Shown here: one piece after another, positions 24,961-36,345 of the stretch
Position numbering within the stretch: position 1 is the stretch's first letter
Layout: each line of letters opens with the position of its first letter
Origin: Eukaryota sp. TZLM1-RC
Taxonomy: Eukaryota > Protista > Metamonada: BaSk clade
Assembly: GCA_040285825.1 (NCBI GenBank)
Contig: JAUPSS010000002.1
Coordinates: 496,001 to 560,000, forward strand
Direction of reading: 5' to 3'
DNA: 64,000 bases
Position numbers and translations under genes: made by a program
The notes under the pieces: model-generated
The model's input: only the letters and a program-made list of their open reading frames with translations
Databases searched by the model: none
Told to the model about the DNA's origin: nothing

Positions 24961-25469
24961 TCAGAAATGATTGATTGTTGAGTTTGGGTTATTTTCAAAA
25001 TTTGGTGTCGATGTCGACAACTTTTCTTCTATTTGCTATATTGAAATAAAGATTGTTTAACCAGTTTATTAAAGGTACATCTATCGAGACATCAGGTTTC
25101 TGTTGTGTTTCTCTCTTGAAAGCAGCATGTTGTGTCACTGATGTTGGTAATTGGGTTTCAAATGGTTTGCCGTCGGTTTCATCATCCAAAATTCATCTTT
25201 ATCAAACTTTTTCTTTGTTTTTCATCTCAACATTCAAAGGTCCGTACTTCAGCAATATCTTGACCTCTCCAACCTTCCTAATAGGCTTTCAGTAGTAGCA
25301 CAAACTACACATCTCCACACCTTTCAATGAGTACCTATAAAGATACTACAGAATATTGGTTTTTTCGTCGACGTTTGAAACTAGAATTGCTTAAACAACG
25401 CTATAGTCCTGAATCTGTAGCAAGTGCTTACACCAAGTGTATCAACAAGACACCAGAGGGGCTATCACT

Positions 25470-25960
25470 CATCAACAAAATCTAAAATCTCCACTCCAAT
25501 CGAAACCCATCCAGTCATTCTTTCCGCACGTCGTCGTTGGGAATGCCATGTCGTCGCAGCCCTGGAAGATCTTCGCCGTGAAAGCAAACTCCCGCTTGTA
25601 GATTCTGTCACATCCTCGTCCGTTGACTTTATGTCCCTTCGTTACGTGTGGGAGCCGGAGGAACTGTTCTCCGTTCTTCAGTCTCTCTCTTCTCCTAACC
25701 GTAACAATGAACCTTCCCTATCACCATGGGGCTTTATCAAGCTCTCCATGCACGTTCGTAGCTTAACCAATCTAGCTAATGAATTCACAGAGCTCTCGCC
25801 AAACAAGTATGTTCAGATAGGAGTTGACGATTTAACATTTAATAATTCAAATAATAATTCTGTTAATTCACGTATTAAATTAGCTGCTGACGTCGCAGGG
25901 AAGCACTACCCTCCCCAGTGTCGTCATTTTTGCCGGCAAGGTGTTCCTAGCGTTAACTAG
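25470..25960 (+). pseudogene. TBC1D19-like gene fragment (N-terminal to the TBC domain)
   Basis: ARRRWE, WGFIKLSMHVRSLTNLANEFTELSP..VQIGVDD...RIKLA.....FCRQGVP resembles TBC1D19. Truncated before the catalytic domain; duplicated at about 38545-39040. Confidence 0.6.
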
Positions 25961-27326
25961 GTACAAATGTTAACTACATAACCATTGATCAGTTTTTTCT
26001 ACTTTGGGACAGGATTATTGGTTTTGATGATTTAATTTTCTTGCCTTTACTAGCTGCTGCCAAATTTTTCAATTGTATTGTTTTTAAGGGAATGGTAAAA
26101 CTAATTTCTGTTTCACTCCTAAACCAATTTTGAAATTCTTCAGTACAATGTTCACCCAAATTCAAACATATATCATGCTGCTCTTGTATTAGGCTCTGTC
26201 TATATTAGCTTTGTTGCAGTACATTCTGGCAATTTCAAATAAACAATATTGAATCCATAGATGTCTCTATGCCATCAACACACAAGGAAAATGTCAACTA
26301 CTCATCACCACTTTATTTTATTTATAAAAAGGATACCTCTGGTGTCCGAATGATTGACACTTCCTTCAGTTGTATTAGTCCGCAATTTTCCGTGTTTTCT
26401 TCAACAGAAAAACCGTCAATAAAACCGTTTGAAAGTGATAAACTGAAGGATACTCTGGAGGAGGAAATATCAGATAATTTATACATCAATGAGGTTGTGT
26501 CCGTCGCAAGCTTTTCCACCCCTATTGCAGTGAAATCTTGAAAAGAACATTGCAGCAAGCGAAACCATTCTCGCTCATTGCGAGAACTGTATCTAAACTC
26601 TAGTGTTGCGACCATGTATCTTGTCAGAACATTCTGATCAGGAAAGTACTTTCCTTGATACATTGACATTTGATGTTGAATTCCTTGGTGGTGTGTTTCA
26701 GGGAATCCTACGAACTTTCCTACTGGTGACGTCATATGAGCTTTGGGTTGACTGAATCAGAGCTATGTGTAAGCAAGGAGTATGTACATGATTCCATTGA
26801 TTACAGAATGATTGTCATTGACCTGCCAAAACAAGATTATTGTTTAAAAATTTAATTTTTTATGATTCAATTTTGTTTGCCCTAAAGTAAAGTTGAGCAA
26901 AGACTGCATCATGATCTTTTGATCAATTAGTTTTGAAACGATTACAATTAAATCAATGGTTTTTAATGACAATGTTACGTGAACATCCAGCAAACAATTT
27001 GCAAAAGCAAGATTCTTTTGTTTGGCCATGGTAAAACATGCTTTGCAATCCAATACTTTTACAGTTACTGTAAGTTGTTGTTGAAGCTTCTTTACGCCAT
27101 TCCCTAAATTTTACCATATTCACTGCAGGAATCTCGTTAACTGTTTCAGGGCAACTTTAACTAGATTATTGATCACATTAGCTTGGGTAGTACTAATGGA
27201 GGATAGAGCATCTAGAGCACGCACCTTTGTATCTTCGGAAGCTGGAACCTTAAGTTGAAGTAAATTGACATCAGAAAAAAAATGATCGGTGTTAAACGGC
27301 ATGGATTTTGAGAATTGGGAATGGGG

Positions 27327-27351
27327 TGGGAATGGGAATGGGAATGGGAAT
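27327..27351 (+). repeat. (TGGGAA)4 microsatellite
   Basis: tgggaatgggaatgggaatgggaat read directly; encodes PFPFPF on the minus strand. Confidence 0.8.
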
Positions 27352-27421
27352 GGCAATTCCAAAACACCCTTCAATAATCTCAACGGGTTGCTACTATTTG
27401 ACATTGTTGTGCTATTAACCA

Positions 27422-30400
27422 ATGTCAGTCGACACTCCTTTTGATGCTGCTAATGCCATATCCCTTATGGAGTTTCGCTCCAATAAAAAGCTCTCTAACT
27501 TCTTCTCATCAGACTCCGCCATCAAACGATTAAAAAGTCTATTACAGTACCTTGAAGTCTCACATGAATTCGAACAGCGTGCGCTTTATTCTACTCAATA
27601 TGCACAAGTTTATTCTTGTTTTTTAGATGCTATCAAAGCTTATGATGCCCGCAGTTTGTTATTACATCTCATCTTTTACCATAGATAAAACCCTTTCCGC
27701 CTCTGAACTTATTTCCTGCTGTGGAGTGGTCAAACGACTTTTACAATTCCTTCCCAACATTATTAAAACTAAATGGCAGTACAAATCTCTTGTTTATTTG
27801 GTGAAGTGCCTTCTAGTCCACACCAATAAACACTCGGTCAGGATGCTTGGTGTTGAACTCCTCCTTCACCTGGTCGATGCTCTGTCATCCTCCGCTGATG
27901 ATTCTCTCCTTGAACTAATCCCTGGACTGATCGTTTGGACTCCTTTCTTTGCCAATGCCTCTCTTGCTCCTCTGATCTCTGTTCCCGAATACAATGGAGT
28001 TTTGGTTGGATCTAAGAGTTCAGGTGCCACTGTTGCTGACGGGGTGGAAATTCTCTCCTTCATTCTTGCTTTTGTTGATTTCAAGGATATCCGAAGGTTT
28101 GTGTTTTATTACGATCTACTTAAGGTTCATTTATTCCCTCTCCTCTTTCCCAATGGGACAAAGTCCATGGATATCGCTCTTGACTCCACCTTTGAGGGTT
28201 TTGATTCATGCCCTAGTGAACTTCTTTTGCCTCTATCAGAGAGATTAATCACGTGGATTAACAAAAGCTATCATAGAGTTGTTATTTGCAGAGATGCGAT
28301 ACATTTAAATCTGCTATTGGATATCTTTTCTCAAGGCGTTTGTTTACCAGATGTAGCAGTCAATCTTGTTTCATTATATGGAGATTGGTTGTTAAGAGGT
28401 GCGACTTTCCCAAAGTGTTATAGTCATAAATCAATCACTTATGATTGTCGATTGATTAGCCAGTTAGTTTGCATTTTTGAGTCACCATCAGGGGAGAATT
28501 CTGATTCTGCTGTCATCAAAGTATTATCATTACTTAAAGAATTAGTTTTTACCCGTGAACTTAGCCAGGAAACTTGGATGACGTTACTTGATTGCCTTGT
28601 CAAGATGAGCAAAGCCTTGGGTCCTTCCAGAGTTCATTCAAGAAGAATGTTTGATGTCTTGTTTGGTCTGTTCTCTAGTTCTGGATGTGATGACGTGGCA
28701 CTGTGGAGAAGTCTTGTGAAGTCCTGTGAGAGTTTTGTAACTTTTTCGTCAGAGGGAAATGTGTTTATGGAGAGATGGGAGAAGTTTATTTTAAATATTA
28801 CTAATCTCATTGTTGTCAATGCTCGATTAGATCAATCAGATCATGTGATCAGTCAGCATTTTGAGCCCTCTTTTGACCCTTCAACTCCTTTACCTTCATT
28901 CCCCAGGGAGACGGTCGAGGGCTTGGGTGATGATGAATGTCCTGAATTTGATATGGCAGATCAGATTGATGTGCAATCAGGTCAAAATGTAACGTCATCA
29001 GATTCCGATGATGACGTGACCACTATCAAAGCTATCCCTATTGAAAACTTACAACTGGATTTCCTCGTGTTTGTTTGGAGTCAGTTGTTACACTGCTTTC
29101 CTCATTATTATGATAGAAAAGAGGAGATTTCCGTCGTTAATAACTGTGTTTCTGCATATTGTCAGGGATTGGAGGTTTTAAATCACATGGTGGATGTTTT
29201 GTCTAATATTTGCCTCAAGAAGTCAGTTTCGCAGGGTCAAGATCAGTCAAGGTTAGTCCTTCCTTGTAGGAATCATTTATTGACGCTTTTTGGACCTTTT
29301 ATTATGACCTCTATTGGTATTTGTAAAGACTTTTTTGAAGGTCCTTTTGAACTATCTAATTTGGTTGAAGGAGTCAATGATAATATAGTTTCAGTCGGAG
29401 TAAAGCTCATTTGCAAAATTTTGGTTTCTTGTGATGATAGTATGATTCATTCTTCCAAATTTTCAAATATTTTAGTTTTTTTCTCTAGTTTTTTACAATC
29501 CCTCTTAACTTCTAATATCTCCACTTCTGGTATTTCAGTTTTGGTCAATTTACTCCCCATTTATAATGGGTTTATTGGGGAGGAAATTCATAATAACACG
29601 GATGAAGTGCAAATGATTCACGCTTCTTTGTTTTCAACTTTACCCTCTGTTCTCAATTATGCTTGTGCTTGTCTTGGGGATGTCAAAACTTGTCAAAATT
29701 TGATTGAATCGGCAGTCAAGATTAATCAATCATTTCCTTCAATCAAAAACGTCATTTATGCTTGCCTCCGTCATTCTGAAGCTTCACTCACTTTTATCAT
29801 CACTAATTCTGATAAATTTTCAAATATTGCTGACCTGTTGACCTCATCCTTCCAAAATTTTCAACATTTCCTCACAAGGAATGACTCTCTCTCCTCTAGT
29901 GAATTGGTTATAGGAGCTAGAGTTTTGGTTTCACTTTATTTTGGCTTACTCAAATTCCAAAAGGACTTTATTCCTTCAAATTTGCCCAAAATCGAGTCCC
30001 TTTTAGCTGATATTGCTAAATTTCTTACTGACTTACTGTTGAATTTGACTGGAGACCTTGTTGCTGCACAAGTAGTTTCTATTATAGATTTAATGGCGTG
30101 TGACATTGATCCATCTACTCTTACGGAATCATCACTTTCTGCTCTTGCAATCATTTTTGATGGTCTTTGTGATTTGATTACGATTATTGTTTGTCGGTTT
30201 GCTCCATCTGAATCATCCAAGACCACTGTGGAAGCTGTTTCCATTATCTTCTCCACCCTTCGAACAATTGCTCTTCGATCACCAGATTTAATTCAAAAAA
30301 ATTTAAAAACTTTAAATAAATTTATTGGGACTGTCGAGTTAGTTTATCATGGAGAAACGACTTTGTTAAATATCCCCAGCATTCTTAAATTAAACCGAAA

Positions 30401-31889
30401 GCTCAAAAGTAGTCCCCCAAAGTCTTTTGGAGTCAAGTCGTTTTTGAACCTTCCAAATAATCAGGCTTGTGAGGTTGCTGTTTTGAATTTACAATTGTTA
30501 TTAGCACTTTTGAATTCTTTTCCCTTTGCTGACGGATATTCGTTTATTGATAGTAATTGTGAGGAAGTTTTGGATAATTCTTGCACAAGATATCTTTTCT
30601 TTTCAAGTAACTCGATAGTCACTCTTTCAGAATCGGCAACTGCATCACGTATTACAGTCAGGAACTCTGTCGGAAAGTTTTCTTTTGATTTGGAGTCAAT
30701 CAGTAACGTTGACGAGCTCGATGCTGAACTTGCTGAAACTAAACCTGTTCAGCCTACTTGTTCGGGAAATAAAGGGAATAATCCATCAAAATCAGTCGTT
30801 GAAAGTCAGGATTCTGATTCTACACCTGCAGTGGATCTATTGGATGATCCCTTTTCCAAATATTCGTCTTGTACCGATTTTGTCAACATTATTTCCAATG
30901 CATTGCCTGACGTAACCACTATAAAGAGCCAAGCTGAAAAAGTAATCAAATCTGCTCTGAATAGCCGAGTTTCTGATGATTCTCCCTCATCTGTGGACGA
31001 AGAGAAGGAATTGAGGTTATGGGAACAACTGGTTAATCCTTTAGCTGGAGAATTGGGTGAGCAAGTTCCTGATAAGTTGAAGTATACTAGGCTGTTATTG
31101 GGAAGTTTAGGGTTGGTTCATCCTATTGCTGCGTCATCTACACGTGTGCAGTCAGTTAATAACTGTGATCTCTTTCAATCAGAATTGCGAAGACTTGATG
31201 GGGTATCTGGTCGTGATTTCTTTGATGTGTCTGTTATTTTTTGTCAAAGTCATCAGCGTAAAATTGAAGATTTTATTACCAATTCTGATGTTTCTTCTGG
31301 TTTCTTAGACTTTGTCAATGGCCTGGGTTGGAGTGTTGACTCTAAATTCATTCAATCTTCACAACTGTTTGAGCATTTACCCACTGTGGATTGCTTTTTG
31401 AATGATAAAGTGTTGTACTTTGCCAATGAATTTAGTGAATTGCTTTTCTGCGTTTTTCCTTCATTAAAAATGGAAAATGCGGACAAACTTAAGCTTTCTC
31501 GAATGTCACCTGTTCAAATCATATATTCTGATTCTAATTCAGTTCTGCATTACTTGTTTTCTTCGAGTTCTGTTCTTCATTCCCCAATCACTAGGCTGTC
31601 AATAGTAGTAACACCCACTTTTGATCCTAATATGTTCAGAGTTAACTGTTTCCCCTCCAGTAGTAGTCCAGAGTTGTCATTGGCATTGCCTTCTGCTGTC
31701 GTTCTCCCGGCCAACAAAGTACCTGCCTACACCAGATCCTTGGCCTTTATAGGATCTAAGATGGTTTCTAAAGCGTTTAATTCAGGGGGTCTCTCATCAC
31801 GTCATGCATTAATCAAAGATTTAATTTCAAGGTTTGGTAAGGAAGTTGATTCTGTCAAGGTGCTCTGCGATGTTTTTGCTTCACATTAA
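27422..31889 (+). CDS. RalGAP-alpha-like protein with C-terminal Rap/Ran-GAP-type domain; one intron at 27654-27684
   Basis: KWQYKSLVYLVKCLLVHTNKHSVRMLGVELLL resembles the RALGAPA N-terminus; RITVRNSVGKFSFD; FLDFVNGLGWSVD. A 31-nt GTTTGT..TTTTACCATAG intron joins ORF 27422 to ORF 27627 in frame. Confidence 0.78.
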
Positions 31890-32147
31890 TGTAATTGAAT
31901 TTGGTGTAAATAAATGTATTTTATTTTGAATATTGATGTTACAAACTGATTAACCGGTAAAAGAAAACCACGTCGTTTGAATAGAAATCAATAATGTTTC
32001 CGACAAACTTGGTGTAAAATCCAAAAACTATCAATTATACTTGTTGGATTGACAGACTTAGTGAGTGGAATGTTTCTGTTATGAACAAAAGTACTAAACG
32101 GAAGAAATAAATTATGATTGTTTATTCAATGGCAAAGAGAGGAAAGA

Positions 32148-33086
32148 TCACGACCTGCGTGGGCGTTTCTTCGCAACTGTACTAGTAGCACTCTTCTTAC
32201 GTGGTCGCCGTATAATCAGCTTGGAGATGGTTTTAGCAGATTTATCTTCAAGTTCTTGAGCTGTCAAAAACTCAAAACCTGGAGGGAGCTTGCGTGGTGG
32301 ACAGTCAATATCAAGACCAGGGCAGATTTTGGTGAAACCAACACCCTCCTCTGTTCCAAGATTGATACCTATAGAGGTAAAAGCATCCATCCCATACTCA
32401 GTTAGACTGACGAGTCTGTCATCAGAATGGACAATTGAGGGGAAGGTCTCAACAGTCTGCTGAATTTTCCTCCTCCATGAGGCATCCATATCGACAGGCA
32501 TTACAGACATGTTGAAATCAAGAATAGAAAGCTCTTCAACTGCATCACAGAGAAAGTCTATTGTCTGGGGAGAATCGTAAAATCTCATTGCACTGAAAAC
32601 CAATTCAGCATGACAAAGGAAAAACCAACCTTCTGGGATGTAGGTCTTGAATAGCAGATGTTTGGGAAGGTTGTTCTCCTCCTTTAATGATGGAGAAAGT
32701 TGGTGTACGGGTTTAGTATCAGGATTTTTGACTTGTTCATTAGCTATACTAGGTTCTGATGTTGCTGCTGACCGTTTAGATCGCGTTGTCGGTCCAGTAG
32801 CCACAAATGAACTAACTATTGGTAAATTATGAGTTATATTGTCCAGTTTCGAAGCAAGTGATTTGATTTCAGCAAAGACATCCCGTCGGAGAGATTGTAT
32901 TGATTCTTGAATGTTGAGAAGTTGTTCTGTCATTTCTAATGAAGATGGAAACGAATCCTTTGATGGCTTTGATGTCAATGTTGGAGAAACCCTCTGTTGC
33001 GACAGTCGTCTGATATGTAGTGACATTTGTATGATTTCGACCCTAACAAAAAGTTGGAAACAATCTGATTGCACAGGATTCCTCAT
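32148..33086 (-). CDS. Hypothetical protein, copy 2 of the 8591..9529 gene
   Basis: Intact ORF, 11 aa differences from copy 1, inside repeat unit 32101-33150. Confidence 0.7.
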   Translation of the reverse strand: MRNPVQSDCFQLFVRVEIIQMSLHIRRLSQQRVSPTLTSKPSKDSFPSSLEMTEQLLNIQESIQSLRRDVFAEIKSLASKLDNITHNLPIVSSFVATGPTTRSKRSAATSEPSIANEQVKNPDTKPVHQLSPSLKEENNLPKHLLFKTYIPEGWFFLCHAELVFSAMRFYDSPQTIDFLCDAVEELSILDFNMSVMPVDMDASWRRKIQQTVETFPSIVHSDDRLVSLTEYGMDAFTSIGINLGTEEGVGFTKICPGLDIDCPPRKLPPGFEFLTAQELEDKSAKTISKLIIRRPRKKSATSTVAKKRPRRS

Positions 33087-34026
33087 CACGTTTGCATGTC
33101 AAAATGGTCATCTTGATGTGTGCTTTGTTTCATCACTACTAAGATCGTTTTCCAATGTAAAGAATTGTTCTCTTGAAACCATGTAGTCAGAAGACTGTCT
33201 GTCCCATTTCACATTAGAATGGGTGTTGATTTAATTTCAATATTTTATAATCACAATTAGGTTTGATTACCTAAATTGTTGCTCAAATGTCCGCTTTTGT
33301 ATCGTTTTCACTAAATTTCTGAAACAACTGGCATTGAAAAGTTGCACAAGATATTTGCTTCTATTTCTGAGTCCAGAAGCTTGACCTTTTCACGATTTTA
33401 CATCATAGAACTTCCAATCACTTTCATTAAGATAGTGGCGTCGCAATCCAAGCCGCCTTCTGTTAGCAAATCCGAACTCTATATCTGGACTGGTCCGTTC
33501 AGGCATTGTCCGTTCATTGAATATTTGTACTAACAAGAGTAAATGAAACAATAAGAACTCCTACCATCAATTTTGGATCATTTCCTGATCGGTTGAGGGT
33601 AATCGTGATTATGGTAAATTCATACACCCATTACTAACCATAACTGGTTTCCTCCTGATTTCCATAACACTCCTGAGGAGTCAGGAGTGTGCTATTTTAC
33701 ACAACATTAGGTTGTATAGACTCCTAGATTGGCTTTTGGACAGTTCCTCAACTATTGAAATCAACGTCTATTTCCTATTTTTCAGTTTCCGATTTTCATG
33801 ATCAAGGCAATTGTAGATTATTTTGTAAAGAATAGTTTCTGTGATAGGCCTCCATATTTGTCTTCAGGTATAGTCTTTTACTACTGTGAATCTGTAGCAT
33901 TTTTGATTTTTTCGATGAACTGGGGTGGACCATTTCTTTATTTTGTTGTAATTTTCCCATTAAACTTTACCTCGTTTTGTCTCTACAGTTTATTTTTCAA
34001 ACTATTCTCGATACACCATTCTGAAC

Positions 34027-36131
34027 ATGTCTTTTGATCAACAGGTTCAGCTTAAAGCACTGGATCTGGTCCAGTTAAACATTGAAATCTGCAACTCTGC
34101 TGGAGCTGGTCATCCATCTACTGGTGCTTCATTAGCTGATCTACTTACTGTTTTATGCTACCGGGTGATGAGATGGAATCCGAAAGAGCCAGACTCCCGG
34201 TTTTCCGACCGATTAGTTCTTAGGTTTGTTGTCGTAAAACATCGTTTTACAACAGTGAAGGTCATGCTTGTCCGATTGTATATGCTATTGCTGCAGACTT
34301 GGGCGTTACATTGTTAGATAATGGAAAATCAAGAGCAATGACTGTTGATGATGCACACACTCTCAGAGCCCTTACTAGTGTGTAAATGCCCCCTCTCTTA
34401 TTCTTAGGTCCCATTGATGGACATCCCAATCCTGCTGTGGGATTTCCATTCTGGGCAGCAGCCACTGGATCACTTGGTCAAGGACTCAGTGTTGCTCTTG
34501 GTTATGCTGCTGCGGCCAAGTTGGATGGTATCAGTAGACGAATCTTCTGCTTTATTGGAGATGGTGAATCTCGTGAGGGCCAAATCTGGGAAGCACTGGA
34601 CTTTATGGTAGACCATGGTCTGGTTTCAGTCTGCCCAGTATTCAACTGCAACCAATGGGGTATGTCTATAACAGTTCGTTAACCAAAGGACAAGCTTCAC
34701 CAGTCTCATACCAACAGTCTGCTGAAAGGCTCGTGGAGAAGTTAGAAAGTTATGGTCTTCAAACTGCTTTGATTGATGGTCACAATCCTTCCGCCATTCT
34801 TCATGCATATGAACAACATGCGAAATCTATGAGAAATGGCCAAGCCTTTGCCATTGTTGCCAGGACTATCAAAATGTACGGTGTTCCCAGTCTTTACCAA
34901 ACAAATTTACATGGTAAACCGATTCCAGACGTGGAATCAGCAGTCAATGAAATACATGATATTAAAAAGTCGATTGGTCGTTGTGACCCAATTGCATTCA
35001 CTTCCCCTTCTCCTGACGCAACATCACCGGAAATAAGCTTTGATACTGTGCCTTTGGTGAAATCTTTTAAAACGTTATGTGAGAACGAAGGAGAGCAAAA
35101 TCTGACCAAGATCTCAACAAGGAATGGTTAAAATGGAGAAACTAACCCAAGGAAAGTATATGGTTACACCCTCAAAGCTTTGGCAATGAGCGACCCCAAT
35201 GTCGTTGCATCTGATGGGGACGTCAAGAACTCAACCTTTGTACAAACCTTCTCTGATGATCCTGCAACATCCAGTCGGTTCTTTGAAGGTCGTATTGCTG
35301 AACAGAATATTATTAGTTTTGCTGTTGGAATGGCCTTGCAATCTAAAGTTCCATTTGTTTCTTCATTTGGAAAGTTCTTTTCTAGGACTTATGATCAGCT
35401 TGAAATGGGGATTATTAGTGAGGCAAATATCAAAATTGTCTCATCACATGTTGGTATGTTCGTGTTTGATTTCATTGATTTTAGGACTAGGGCCCTGCAG
35501 TGATGGACCCAGTCAAATGGCTCTCAGTGATGTTGCCTACTTATCTTCTTTGACAGTTGCTAAACGTCATTCTGATGGCCGACCAGCAATGCGAGTTATC
35601 TATCCGTGCGATGGACCTTCTTGTTTCAAGTTAACATGCTTAATGAAGGAAACCAATGGGCCATGTTGCTTAAGGGTCCTAAGACAAGATACCCCATTGA
35701 TATATTCCGAAGATGCTGAGTTTAGTTTGGAGAAGGGTTTTAATGTCATCAAAATATCTCCTGATGCATCATTGTTGTTGATTGCTTCTGGATTTATGGT
35801 TTCTCAAGCTGTTTTAGTTGCTGATAAGTTGAAGGACCAAGGTTTAGAAGCAGCCATCTTGGATATTTACTCATTGCCCATATCTACATCAGAATTTGTA
35901 TCTACAATCCAACAAAGCAAAGTTTCCAGAATACTAACTATAGAGGATAACTATGGGTCAAGTATGGGATCAGTGGTTTGCTCCGTTGTTGCGCAACTAC
36001 TTGATGGTATCCGCGTTAAGCAACTTTTTGTGAACAGGGTTCCAAAATCTGCCAGAAAAGTAGAAGAAATTTTGCAATATTGCCAGTTAGATGTTGAGTC
36101 GATTGTTCAATCAGTTTGGGGATTTGTATAG
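34027..36131 (+). CDS. tkt: Transketolase, six exons (introns 34224-34255, 34378-34407, 34660-34688, ~35122-35151, 35454-35484)
   Basis: GHPS, DRLVLSEGHA, DGHPNP, ATGSLGQG, IGDGESREGQIWEA, HGKP, IAEQN, DGPSQMA. Removing the 29-32 nt introns restores one reading frame. Confidence 0.92.
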
Positions 36132-36235
36132 AGAATAAACTTTGGTTTTGATAATGGTATGATTAAGCACTTTCAAAGTGGAACTCCAGGTTTAACGGAA
36201 ATTGGTGAACTCTAGGAAATATTTTGGAACACACA

Positions 36236-36345
36236 TGTGAATTTCATCGGAAATGCATACATCAAGTAGCATTCCTCCATTCCCTTATACGGTTTCCTTT
36301 TCAGGATCACAGCACCCGAAGGCAATACATGGATGCAAACAACTA
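36236..36345 (-). ncRNA. Putative omega-RNA scaffold of Fanzor A2 (guide expected at about 36216-36235)
   Basis: Same scaffold as A1. One change converts a G-C pair of the UUCG stem to G-U. Flank after GAAATTCACA differs from A1. Confidence 0.75.

Larger units (their letters stand above)
22846..27175 (-). repeat. 4.3-kb duplicated unit (Fanzor A + patchwork cargo), partner 36236-42335
   Basis: Near-identical sequence from TGTGAATTTC to ATTATTGATCA in both copies, with several indels. Confidence 0.92.

Noticed and set aside
27327-27351. Interstitial telomeric repeat
   Set aside because: Only four TGGGAA units, and the host telomere sequence is unknown; treated as a microsatellite.
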